Shown here: positions 26,302 through 35,351 of the stretch, piece after piece
Layout of the letters: every line of letters starts with the position of its first letter
Position numbering within the stretch: position 1 is the first letter of the stretch
NCBI GenBank assembly: GCA_049965035.1
Contig: JBMFWS010000006.1
Coordinates: forward strand, 4,582 to 68,581
Direction of reading: 5' to 3'
DNA from: Acidimicrobiales bacterium
Lineage (GTDB): Bacteria > Actinomycetota > Acidimicrobiia > Acidimicrobiales > RAAP-2
DNA: 64,000 nt
Translations under genes and position numbers: made by a program
Notes under the pieces: generated by a model
Told to the model about the DNA's origin: nothing
Database searches by the model: none
The model's input: the letters and a program-made list of their open reading frames with translations, nothing else

Positions 26302-26522
26302 GGTCGGGCCTGCGAGGTGCCGTCGCGGCCTTCGGCCGCTTCTGGTGGGACTTCCTGGTCGGGGACACGCCCGAGATCTTCGTCGTCGTCGTCGTGGCCC
26401 TGGCGATCGTCGCCTGGCTCAGCCTGGGTGCCCACCTGGCGGCACTGGCCGGCGTCGTCCTGCCGGTCGCCGCCGTGGGCGCGCTGGCGATCTCGCTGGT
26501 CCGCGCCGCCCGGTCGCGCTAG
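26298..26522 (+). CDS. Small membrane protein
   Basis: ATGA overlap with the upstream gene; AFGRFWWDFLVGD followed by two TM helices. Confidence 0.7.
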   Translation: MRSGLRGAVAAFGRFWWDFLVGDTPEIFVVVVVALAIVAWLSLGAHLAALAGVVLPVAAVGALAISLVRAARSR

Positions 26523-26548
26523 GCGAGCCGGCCACGACCCTCAGGCGA

Positions 26549-26701
26549 TCACTGGTAGTGCGGCGGGCGCTCGTAGCGTGCCGCGTTGGCTTGGCGCAGT
26601 TGGTCGCGGAGGCGGTCGATCTCGGCGCGCAGCCGGACCACGTCGGCGCGCAGCACGGCGATCTCGTGCTCGAGGTCCTCGCGCGGGGTCCGGTCTTCCA
26701 C
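26549..26701 (-). CDS. Small coiled-coil protein with a SlyX-like C-terminus
   Basis: LEHEIAVLRADVVRLRAEIDRLRDQLRQ...ERPPHYQ. Confidence 0.55.
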   Translation of the reverse strand: MEDRTPREDLEHEIAVLRADVVRLRAEIDRLRDQLRQANAARYERPPHYQ

Positions 26702-27299
26702 GTCGCCACCCTGCCACAGTTCGTCGCGAGCGCGAGCACCGGATGCGTGATCCACGTCTGAGGTCCACCCGTGCGGCACCCGGCGGAGACTGCGCGGAGG
26801 CGGTGCCGGGCGAACGACGAAGTGGGACGGCACGGGGCTGCGCGGCGGCGTGAGCTGGTCGGCCACCCTGAGCTCTGGCGTCGTTTCCCCGTTCGCCGAC
26901 CTCTCGGTGGCGCTCAACCGCCTCCGTCCCATCGTCGGGATCGGCTCGCTCTACGTCATCGGGCGGGGAGAGGGTCGCGCCCCCTGTGGACGGCTCCCCT
27001 CGCGGTGGGACTCAGGCTCCGAGCAGCCCGGGTGGCCGGGCGCCGTGGCGGATCCGTGTCACCCGTGAGGCCACGCGCCCGGCACGCGGCCGACTACCGG
27101 ACCCTCGTCGTCACCGGGGCGTTCGTGTCGAGGGGGATCCCGGTCACCGGGACGGCACTGCTCAGCTGGCTCCAAGACCTCTTCGAGGGAATGGTGATCG
27201 TCATCGGGAGGGGCGCTCGGCGAGGCGCTTGCCCGGCCTGGTCGAACCGTCGCCGAGCGCCGCCGCTGCCGCGCGCGACTGAGCCCCGGGCTCCGGGGA

Positions 27300-28574
27300 T
27301 CAGGGGAACAGGCCGCGGACCTCGGTCGCCTCGGCGATGCGCTCGACGCCCAGGGCGATGGCGGTCTCGCGCAGCTCGACCTTGAGCTCGAGGTGGCGGG
27401 CCCACACGGAGTTGAAGGCGTCGCTCATCGTCTTCTCGAGACGGCGGTGGAACAGCTCGGGCTCCCACATGAAGCCCTGGAGGTCCTGCGCCCACTCGAA
27501 GTAGGAGGCCACCACGCCGCCGGCATTGGCCAGGACGTCGGGAACCACGGGGATCCCCCGGTCCGCGAGCACCGCGGCACCCTCGCCGGTCGTGGGGCCG
27601 TTGGCCGCCTCGACGACCACCGAGGCCGCCATCGACTGGGCCACTCGCTCATCGATCACGCCGCCGAGTGCCGCAGGTATCGCGATGTCGCTGGGCAGGC
27701 TGAACAGCTCGTCGGCGGCGACGGACTCGGTGCCCGGCAGGCCGACGACGGTCTTGGCCTCCTCGAAGTGCTTGGCCAGCGCCCGGGGGTCGATGCCGGT
27801 CGGGTCGTGGATCGCACCGGAGATGTCCGCGATGCCCACGATCTTCATGCCGCGGTCGCTCAGCAGCTTGACCAGCGGCGCGCCGACCTTGCCGTAGCCC
27901 TGGATCACCACCCGCTGCTCGTTGGCCATGCGGCCCAGCCGCTGCAGCAGGGCCATCGTGCAGTTGGTGAGGCCGAGCGAGGTGGCGCCGGCGTGGCCCA
28001 TGCTGCCGCCGATGGACAGGGGCTTGCCCGTGACCACGCCCGGTGTGTTGTGGCCGCGCAGCATCGACACGGTGTCCATGATCCAGCTCATGACCTGGAA
28101 GTCGGTGTTGATGTCGGGCGCCGGGATGTCGCGGTCTGGGCCGATCATGGGTGAGATGGCGAAGGCGTAGCGTCGCGTGAGCCGCTCGAGCTCGCCGCGG
28201 GAGAGCAGGGTCGGGTCGACCTTGACGCCGCCCTTGGCACCGCCGTAGGGGATGTTGACGACCGCGCACTTGATGGACATGTCCGCCGAGAGCGCGGCGA
28301 TCTCATCGGTGTTCACGCTGGGATGGAAGCGGATGCCTCCCTTGCCCGGACCCCGGGAGGTGTTGTGCTGGATGCGCCATCCCGTGAACATCTCCACGTC
28401 GCCGCTGTCCATGCGCACCGGCACCGCCACCTCGAGCACGCGCTCGGGCATCACGATGCGCTGCACCATGTCGTCGCGCAGGCCCAGGAGGGCTCCCGCC
28501 GACTCGATCAGGGATACCACGCGGAGCCAAGGATTGAACTCGTGCGCAGATGCGTCATTCGGTCGCGTGACCAC
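27300..28574 (-). CDS. gdhA: Glu/Leu/Phe/Val dehydrogenase (glutamate dehydrogenase-like)
   Basis: GPGKGGIRFHP, PYGGAKGG, DIPAPDINT, VTGKP, IQGYGKVG, EAANGP, PDVLANAGGV..SYFEW. Confidence 0.9.
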   Translation of the reverse strand: MVTRPNDASAHEFNPWLRVVSLIESAGALLGLRDDMVQRIVMPERVLEVAVPVRMDSGDVEMFTGWRIQHNTSRGPGKGGIRFHPSVNTDEIAALSADMSIKCAVVNIPYGGAKGGVKVDPTLLSRGELERLTRRYAFAISPMIGPDRDIPAPDINTDFQVMSWIMDTVSMLRGHNTPGVVTGKPLSIGGSMGHAGATSLGLTNCTMALLQRLGRMANEQRVVIQGYGKVGAPLVKLLSDRGMKIVGIADISGAIHDPTGIDPRALAKHFEEAKTVVGLPGTESVAADELFSLPSDIAIPAALGGVIDERVAQSMAASVVVEAANGPTTGEGAAVLADRGIPVVPDVLANAGGVVASYFEWAQDLQGFMWEPELFHRRLEKTMSDAFNSVWARHLELKVELRETAIALGVERIAEATEVRGLFP

Positions 28575-28691
28575 GTTGTCACCAGCCTTTGGTTCTGAGG
28601 AGAGCGCCGTTGCCCTCGCCCCCAGCGTACGCCACGCCGTGACCGCCTGGACGGCGGCTACTGGTCGGTTACGCTGACCCCGAACGGGGAG

Positions 28692-29747
28692 GTGGTGGTG
28701 AAGCTGACGACGACCCTCAGCTACGCGGGTGGCTTCAAGCAGGCCGCCCGCGAGGTGTCCGACCTCGAGTCCGCGGGCCTCGACCTCGTGTGGGTGGCCG
28801 AGGCCTACGGCTTCGACGGGCCGTCCCTGCTGGGCTACCTGGCCGCGACGACCTCGCGGGTGGAGCTCGGTGCGGGCATCTTGCCCATCTATACGCGCAC
28901 CCCGACGCTGATCGCGATGACCGCAGCGGGTGTCGACGCCCTCTGCGATGGACGCTTCCATCTCGGCCTCGGCGCTTCGGGACCCCAGGTGATCGAGGGA
29001 TTCCACGGCGTTGCCTACACCAGCCCGCTCGGGCGCACGCGGGAGATCGTGGAAATCTGCCGGGACGTCTGGCGGCGCGAGGCGCCCCTCGAGCACCACG
29101 GCCGCTACTACCAGATGCCGCTGCCCGAGGGGCAGGGCACGGGACTGGGCAAGCCACTCAAGATCATCGCCCACCCGGTGCGCCCGAGCATCCCCATCTG
29201 GCTGGCGGCCCTGGGCGAGAAGAACGTGGCCCTGGCGGCTGAGATCGCCGACGGGTGGATGCCGATCCTCTTCATCCCCGAGCGTGCCCGTGGGGTATGG
29301 GGATCCTCGCTGGCGGCCGGCGCGGCCCGCCGGGACCCGGCACGCGGTCCCCTGATGATCACGGCCGGTGGGCTCTTGGCCATCGGGGAGGACGAGGCGA
29401 CCCTGGAGCTGCGCAACCTGCAGCGCTCGATGGTGGCCCTGTACGTCGGGGGCATGGGTGCGCGCGGGCAGAACTTCTACACCGAGCTCGCGGTGCGCTA
29501 TGGCTTTGCCCGCGAGGCTGCCCAGATCCAGGACCTCTACCTCGCGGGCCGCAAGGCCGAGGCCGAGGCGGCTGTCCCAGCGGCGTTCCTGGAGCTGACC
29601 ACCCTCATCGGCCCGCCCGGCTACGTCGCCGAGCGGATGGCGGCCTTCGCCGAGGCCGGAGTGACGCACCTGCAAGTGGTGCCGCTACCGCGTCCCGGGC
29701 AGTCAGCCGCCCAGCTGATCGAGGAGGCGCGTCGCCTGATGGTCTGA
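28692..29747 (+). CDS. LLM-class F420-dependent oxidoreductase
   Basis: VWVAEAYGFD, ILPIYTRTP, GRFHLGLGASGPQVIEGFHG, ALYVGGMGA..NFY. Confidence 0.9.
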   Translation: MVVKLTTTLSYAGGFKQAAREVSDLESAGLDLVWVAEAYGFDGPSLLGYLAATTSRVELGAGILPIYTRTPTLIAMTAAGVDALCDGRFHLGLGASGPQVIEGFHGVAYTSPLGRTREIVEICRDVWRREAPLEHHGRYYQMPLPEGQGTGLGKPLKIIAHPVRPSIPIWLAALGEKNVALAAEIADGWMPILFIPERARGVWGSSLAAGAARRDPARGPLMITAGGLLAIGEDEATLELRNLQRSMVALYVGGMGARGQNFYTELAVRYGFAREAAQIQDLYLAGRKAEAEAAVPAAFLELTTLIGPPGYVAERMAAFAEAGVTHLQVVPLPRPGQSAAQLIEEARRLMV

Positions 29748-31682
29748 TCAGGTGGCACCCTGCCCGCCGGCGGCCACCCAGGCGGCGTGCATCTGCGCGT
29801 AGACCCCACCCTGGGCCACCAGCCCGCGGGGGGTGCCCTGCTCGACGATCTGGCCGTGATCGACGACCACGATGCGGTCAGCGCGCTCGGCGGTGCTGAG
29901 GCGGTGGGCGATCAGCAGGGCGGTGCGGCCCTCGAGGACCCGGTCCAGCGCCCGCTCGATAACCTGCTCGCTCTTGAGGTCGAGGGAGGAGGTCGCCTCG
30001 TCGAGCACCAGGATCCGGGGGCGGGCGAGGAAGGCCCGGGCCAGTGCCAGCAGCTGGCGCTCGCCGGCCGACAGCGTCTGGCCGCGCTCGTGGACCTCGG
30101 TGTCGAGTCCGTCGGGCAGGCGCTCGACCAGGTCGCGCAGCCCGACCACGTCGACGGCCTCGTCGATCTCGGCGGTGGTGACGCGCGGATTGCCGAAGGC
30201 CAGGTTCGTGCGGATCGATCCCGCGAACAAGAACGGCTCCTGGGGCACCAGGCCGATCTGGCTGCGCAGCGAGCGCAGGGTCACCGTGCGCACGTCGATG
30301 CCGTCGATCAGGACCTGGCCCGCCGTCGGGTCGTAGAAGCGGTTGACCAGCTTGGCCAGCGTCGACTTGCCCGCACCGGTGGGCCCGACGATGGCCACGG
30401 TCTGACCGGGGGCGATCTCCAGGTCGATGCCATCGAGCGCCAAGCGGTCGGGCTGGTAGCCGAAGCTCACCGACGCAAAGGTGATCCGGCCCTCCACGGG
30501 GGGGAGCGCGGGAGCGTCGGCGACCTCGTCGACGGACGGCGCGGTCGCCAGGAGGCCCCGCAGGCGGATGATCGAGGAGCGACCTTGCTGGAGCGCGTTG
30601 TACTGCTGGACCAGCAGCTGGATCGGCTGGAAGAAGCGGTTGAGGTACAAGAAGAAGGCGATCAGGGCGCCCAGGCTCATCCGGTGCTCGAGAACCAGGT
30701 GCCCGCCGATGCCGAGCAGGAGCGCCTGGCCCAGGATGCCGATCAGGTTGGTCGTCGGGCCGTACATCGAGCTGACCCGTCCGGTGTAGAGGTTGGAGTC
30801 CCGGTAGGCCCCCACGACGTGGCGGTGGTTGGCGATGTTGCGGCGCTGCCGGTTGTGGGCGGTGATGACGCGGATGCCGTAGAGGGACTCGGACAGGTCG
30901 GCCAGGACGAGCGCGATGCGGTCACGCGTGCGCAGGTAGCCCCGCTCGGAGGCGTGGTGGAACCAGACGGACAGCCCGGCGAGCACTGGCACGACCAGCA
31001 GGACGGTCCACGCGGCCAGCTCGACGTTGGTGGCGAAGAGCACGACCGTGATCACGACCATCGTCAGCCCCTGGGTCGCGAACTGGGCGAGGCCGTACTG
31101 GAGCAGCTGCTGGAGGTTCTCGATGTCGCTGGTCATGCGGCTCATGAGGACGCCGGCCTTCTCCTCGGTGAAGAAGTCGAGGCTGAGCCTCTGGAAGTGG
31201 GTGAAGACGCGAACCCGCAGGTCGTGCATCACGCGCGAGGCGAGGCGACCCGTCGCGTCGGTCTGCCAGCGCTGCAGCCCCACGTTGGCCAGTGCGATCG
31301 CCGCGTAGAGGGACCCGGCGACCACGACGACGCGGACCGAGCGGTGCCCGGGCAGCATCCCGTGGTCGATGGCGTACTCGGTGATCTTGGGTCCGGCCTG
31401 GAGCAGCAGGCTGGTAGCCAGCACGAGCAGGCTGGCGATCGCCAGCAGGCCCCGGTAGGAGGCGAGGAGCTGGGTCAGGCTCAGCGGTCGGCGCTCGTCG
31501 GCGGAGGGACGCTGGGTGAACGCCCGGGCCGACGGCGGACGGGCGGGCTCCGAGTCGAGCAGGCGCGTGGCCTCGTCCAGGAGTTCGGAGGGGATGCCGC
31601 CGAAGGGCAGCCCGGACGTCGCGCGTCCGCTGCCGGCGAAGACGCCGCCGAATCCGCCGCCGAATCCCCCACCCCACGTCAT
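29748..31682 (-). CDS. ABC exporter, fused permease/ATPase (heterodimer subunit 2)
   Basis: TM domain plus GPTGAGKST, LSAGERQ, LVLDEATS and IAHRLST. Confidence 0.93.
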   Translation of the reverse strand: MTWGGGFGGGFGGVFAGSGRATSGLPFGGIPSELLDEATRLLDSEPARPPSARAFTQRPSADERRPLSLTQLLASYRGLLAIASLLVLATSLLLQAGPKITEYAIDHGMLPGHRSVRVVVVAGSLYAAIALANVGLQRWQTDATGRLASRVMHDLRVRVFTHFQRLSLDFFTEEKAGVLMSRMTSDIENLQQLLQYGLAQFATQGLTMVVITVVLFATNVELAAWTVLLVVPVLAGLSVWFHHASERGYLRTRDRIALVLADLSESLYGIRVITAHNRQRRNIANHRHVVGAYRDSNLYTGRVSSMYGPTTNLIGILGQALLLGIGGHLVLEHRMSLGALIAFFLYLNRFFQPIQLLVQQYNALQQGRSSIIRLRGLLATAPSVDEVADAPALPPVEGRITFASVSFGYQPDRLALDGIDLEIAPGQTVAIVGPTGAGKSTLAKLVNRFYDPTAGQVLIDGIDVRTVTLRSLRSQIGLVPQEPFLFAGSIRTNLAFGNPRVTTAEIDEAVDVVGLRDLVERLPDGLDTEVHERGQTLSAGERQLLALARAFLARPRILVLDEATSSLDLKSEQVIERALDRVLEGRTALLIAHRLSTAERADRIVVVDHGQIVEQGTPRGLVAQGGVYAQMHAAWVAAGGQGAT

Positions 31683-33508
31683 GCGGGGCCCTGGGCCCGC
31701 GAGAGGATCTGGACGTACAGCGGTGAGGTGCGCAGCAGGTCGGTGTGCGTGCCGTCGGCAACGACGCGACCGGCATCGAGGAGCACGACGCGGTGAGCCA
31801 GGGAGATCGTCGAGACGCGGTGCGCGATGACGATCGTGGTCCGGTTCGCCAGCAGGTGGGCGAGGGCGTCGTGGATCTGCTCCTCGATGTGCACGTCGAT
31901 CGCGCTCGTCGCGTCGTCGAGCACGAGGACCGGGGGGTTGGCCAGGAGGGTGCGGGCGATGGCGATCCGCTGGCGCTGCCCGCCCGAGAGCGTGTAGCCG
32001 CGCTCGCCGACCACCGTGTCGTAGCCGTGCTCCAGGCGGCCGATGAACTCATCGGCGTGGGCGGCCCGGGCGGCGGCCTCGATCTCGTCGAGGGGCGCGT
32101 CGGGGCGGCCGTAGGCGATGTTGTCGCGGATGGACGTCGAGAACAAGAAGGGCTCGTCGAGGACCACGCCCACGGTGTCGCGCAGGGAGGTCAGCGTCAG
32201 GTCACGCACGTCGTGGCCATCGATCGTGATCGCGCCCTGGTCCACGTCGTAGAAGCGCGGCAGCAGGCGCGCCACCGTCGACTTGCCCGATCCCGTGCGA
32301 CCCACCAGGGCCACCGTGGTGCCCGGCTCGATGTGCAGATCGAAGTCTGACAGCACGGGGGGCCCGTCGCGGTAGGCGAAGGTGACGTGAGACAAGTCGA
32401 TGCGCCCGGGCCCGCCGGGCCAGGCGATGGCGTCGGCCCGCTCGACGATGTCGGTGCGCTGGTCGAGGACCTCGAAGATGCGCTCGGCGCTGGCCCGGGC
32501 GCGCTGCCCCATCATCACCAGCTGGCCCAGCATCATGAAGGGAGCCTGGAGCATCAGGAGGTACGCGTTGAAGGCCAAGATGGCGCCGAGGCCCAGGTGG
32601 CCGCCGATCACCATCAGGCCGCCGGCGGTGAGGACCAGACCCAGGCCCAGCTGGGGGAGGTTCTGGATCCACGGGGACCAGACGGCGGTGAGGTGGGCGT
32701 CGGTGATGTAGGCCCAGGCCACGCCCTCGGCCGCGTCAGCCAGCCGGTTGATCTCCGACTCCTCCTGGGCGAAGGCCTTGACCACCCGCACGCCGTTCAC
32801 GTTCTCGTCGACGATGGTGGCGACCTCGGCGAGGCGCGCCTGGGTGATCCACGAGATCGGGAACATGACCCGGCGCATCTTCATGCCCACCACGTACAAG
32901 ATGGGCATGACGAGCAGCGCCACCAGCGTCAGGGGCACGCTGATGGTGAGCATGAAGCCCACCGCGATGACGCCAATGAAGATCTGGACCACGATCTGGG
33001 GCGCGAACGTGGAGTACATCGTCACCGAGCGGATGTCGCTGTTGGCCCGGCTGATCAGCTGGCCCGACTGGACGCGGTCGTAGAAGGAGAACGACAGCGA
33101 CGTGAGGTGCTCGTAGATCAGCGATCGCAGGTCGGCCTCGACGTTGTAGGCGGTCGAGTACAGGTAGCGACGCGACAGGATGCCCGTCACGCCGGCGGCC
33201 AGGGCGATCACCACGATCATCTCAACGTCGTGGGAGAGCGTTCCGTTATTCTTGACCAGGGCGTGGTCGATGGCGCCGTTGAGCAGGCTCGGGACCAGGG
33301 TCTGGAAGACCAGGCTGGCGAACGACAGGATGATCGCGGCGAGGAACACCGCCCGGTGCGAGGCGACGATGGGCAGGACCCGCCGCCACCACGACAGGCC
33401 CGGATCCGGGGCGAGGGGCCGCCGGGGGCCGGGATAGTCCGAGCGCACGCCGCCGAGGGGGCCACCGTGGGCGTAGTCTCGCGCCGCGCCCAGGTCACCC
33501 ACCGTCAC
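31679..33508 (-). CDS. ABC exporter, fused permease/ATPase (heterodimer subunit 1)
   Basis: GRTGSGKST, LSGGQRQR and a degenerate Walker B (LVLDDATS); ATGA overlap with its partner. Confidence 0.93.
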   Translation of the reverse strand: MTVGDLGAARDYAHGGPLGGVRSDYPGPRRPLAPDPGLSWWRRVLPIVASHRAVFLAAIILSFASLVFQTLVPSLLNGAIDHALVKNNGTLSHDVEMIVVIALAAGVTGILSRRYLYSTAYNVEADLRSLIYEHLTSLSFSFYDRVQSGQLISRANSDIRSVTMYSTFAPQIVVQIFIGVIAVGFMLTISVPLTLVALLVMPILYVVGMKMRRVMFPISWITQARLAEVATIVDENVNGVRVVKAFAQEESEINRLADAAEGVAWAYITDAHLTAVWSPWIQNLPQLGLGLVLTAGGLMVIGGHLGLGAILAFNAYLLMLQAPFMMLGQLVMMGQRARASAERIFEVLDQRTDIVERADAIAWPGGPGRIDLSHVTFAYRDGPPVLSDFDLHIEPGTTVALVGRTGSGKSTVARLLPRFYDVDQGAITIDGHDVRDLTLTSLRDTVGVVLDEPFLFSTSIRDNIAYGRPDAPLDEIEAAARAAHADEFIGRLEHGYDTVVGERGYTLSGGQRQRIAIARTLLANPPVLVLDDATSAIDVHIEEQIHDALAHLLANRTTIVIAHRVSTISLAHRVVLLDAGRVVADGTHTDLLRTSPLYVQILSRAQGPA

Positions 33509-33584
33509 GGTTGTTCAGCGTACCGGGGCCCACAGCGACCCAGAGACCCCGGCGGCTCTCGGCGCCGCGGCGTAGTGTGGCGCG

Positions 33585-34220
33585 ATGGCCACCTTCACCA
33601 CAGTCGACCACCCCCTGGTGGCGGACAAGGTCCGCCAGCTGCGAAGCCGCACGACGTCCAACGCCGACTTCCTCCGGCTCGCGCGCGAGATCTCGCGCTT
33701 CCTGGCCTACGAGGCCTTCCGCCACGTCCCGGTCACGCCGACCACGGTCGACACGCCGGTGCAGGAGGGTGCCCCGGCGGTGTGCATCGAGCGCGAGTAC
33801 GTGATCGTGCCGATCCTGCGCGCCGGGCTGGGCATGAGCCCCGCCGTGCAGGAGGTGCTGCCGCACAATCGCCTGTGCCTGGTCGGACTGCGGCGCAACG
33901 AGACGACGCTGCGCCCCGCCGTCTACCTCGATGGGCTGCCCGAGGATCTCGCCGGGGCCGAGGTCGTGGTGTGCGATCCGATGCTGGCGACCGGGGGCTC
34001 GATGGACACCGTCTTGACCATGCTGGAGGCCCGCGGGGCCACCCACATCACCGTCCTGTGCCTGATCGCGGCCCGTCCCGGCGTCGAGGTCGTGGAAGCC
34101 CGCCACCCCGACGTGGCGATCGTGGCCGCGGCCCTCGACGACGTGCTCAACGACGTGGGCTACATCGTTCCGGGACTCGGCGACGCCGGCGACCGGCTCT
34201 TCGGCCCGCCCGTGCGCTGA
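33585..34220 (+). CDS. upp: Uracil phosphoribosyltransferase
   Basis: VPILRAGLGM, DPMLATGGS, GYIVPGLGDAGDRLFG. Confidence 0.96.
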   Translation: MATFTTVDHPLVADKVRQLRSRTTSNADFLRLAREISRFLAYEAFRHVPVTPTTVDTPVQEGAPAVCIEREYVIVPILRAGLGMSPAVQEVLPHNRLCLVGLRRNETTLRPAVYLDGLPEDLAGAEVVVCDPMLATGGSMDTVLTMLEARGATHITVLCLIAARPGVEVVEARHPDVAIVAAALDDVLNDVGYIVPGLGDAGDRLFGPPVR

Positions 34221-34688
34221 TCAGCGGCCGATGTCCTCGAACCAGATGCCGGGGTTGTCCCGGATGTAGGCACCCAGCAGCGCGGTGCACTCGTCGTCGT
34301 CGAGCTCGACGATCTCCACTCCGCCTTGAGCCAGCCACTCGTGGCCCCCGACGAAGTTGTGGCTCTCGCCGATGACCACGGCGCCGATCCCGAACTGGCG
34401 CACCAGGCCCGAGCAGTACCAGCACGGTGAGAGCGTCGTGACCATCACGCAGTCGCGGTAGTCACGTCGCCGACCCGCGCGCCGGAAGGCGTCGGTCTCG
34501 GCGTGGATCGACGGATCGTCGTCTTGGACCCGGCGGTTGTGTCCGGCGGCCAGCAGCTCGCCGGAGCGGGTGTACAGGGCGGCCCCGATCGGGATGCCAC
34601 CCTCGGCCAGTCCCTGGTGGGCCTCGGTGAGGGCACTGCGCAGCATGGTGCGCGCCTGCGCACGCTCTATCGCCGGGCGATCGATCAT
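34221..34688 (-). CDS. Zn-dependent nucleobase deaminase (FCY1-type cytosine deaminase-like)
   Basis: EGGIPIGAAL, GHNRRVQ, HAE, TTLSPCWYC, WFEDIG. Confidence 0.88.
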   Translation of the reverse strand: MIDRPAIERAQARTMLRSALTEAHQGLAEGGIPIGAALYTRSGELLAAGHNRRVQDDDPSIHAETDAFRRAGRRRDYRDCVMVTTLSPCWYCSGLVRQFGIGAVVIGESHNFVGGHEWLAQGGVEIVELDDDECTALLGAYIRDNPGIWFEDIGR

Positions 34689-34709
34689 GGTTTCAGTATG
34701 CTCCACGCG

Positions 34710-35318
34710 GTGGAGGCGAGCGCGTACCAAGTGGAGGTCGGCACCCAGAGAGTGCGCCTACCGGTGGTTCCGCTCAGCGCGGACATGGCGCTCGCCCTGC
34801 TGATCACCGTCGACATGGGCATCGGATTCATGGATCGCGCGGGCGCCGAGCTGGCCGCGATGCTGCGGCCGCACGACGTCGAAATCGTGGCCACCGTGGC
34901 GACGATGGGGATACCCGTCGCCATCGAGGTGACGCGGCACCTGGGTCTGGACCAGTACGTCATCTTGCACAAGACCCCCAAGATCCACCTGGCCGACGCG
35001 CTGACCGAGTCGGTGCGCTCCATCACCACCGACGCCGAGCAGCGGCTCCTCTTCGACCGGGCCCGCATCGGTGACGTCCACGGTCGCCGCGTGGCGATCG
35101 TGGACGACGTCATCTCGACGGGAGCCTCCACGGGCGCGGCACTGCGGCTCCTGCGCCGCATCGGCGCTGACGTGGTGGCCATCGGCACGCTGGTGACCGA
35201 GGGGTCCCGGTGGCGCGAGTCGCTGGGGGCCGACGCCGAGCTGGTGAGCGCCCTGGGGGCTCTCCCAGTGTTCCGCCCCGACGGCGCTGACGGGCTGCGC
35301 GAGGACTGGCGGGGCTGA
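34710..35318 (+). CDS. Type I phosphoribosyltransferase (adenine PRT-like)
   Basis: VAIVDDVISTGAS PRPP-binding motif; VRSITT..EQRLLFD; TATGCT 7 nt before GTG. Confidence 0.85.
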   Translation: MEASAYQVEVGTQRVRLPVVPLSADMALALLITVDMGIGFMDRAGAELAAMLRPHDVEIVATVATMGIPVAIEVTRHLGLDQYVILHKTPKIHLADALTESVRSITTDAEQRLLFDRARIGDVHGRRVAIVDDVISTGASTGAALRLLRRIGADVVAIGTLVTEGSRWRESLGADAELVSALGALPVFRPDGADGLREDWRG

Positions 35319-35346
35319 CGCCGACCGGCCGGTCGGCGTCAGCCCC
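35311..35346. terminator. Perfect 36-bp palindrome between convergent genes (probable bidirectional terminator)
   Basis: GGGGCTGACGCCGACCGG followed directly by its reverse complement CCGGTCGGCGTCAGCCCC. Confidence 0.65.
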
Positions 35347-35351
35347 GGCCC

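Noticed and set aside
26760-27290. Possible eroded ABC-permease fragments or an ncRNA
   Set aside because: Only short hydrophobic stretches in different frames; no family motif or RNA structure I can support.
31640-31680. Short GCCGCCGAATCC repeat
   Set aside because: It encodes the low-complexity GGGFGGGFGG N-terminus of the ABC subunit.
34710-35318. PRTase as an inactive GDH-regulating APRT homologue, as in Thermus
   Set aside because: The VDDVISTG PRPP motif is intact and the gene sits among salvage genes, 6 kb from gdh.
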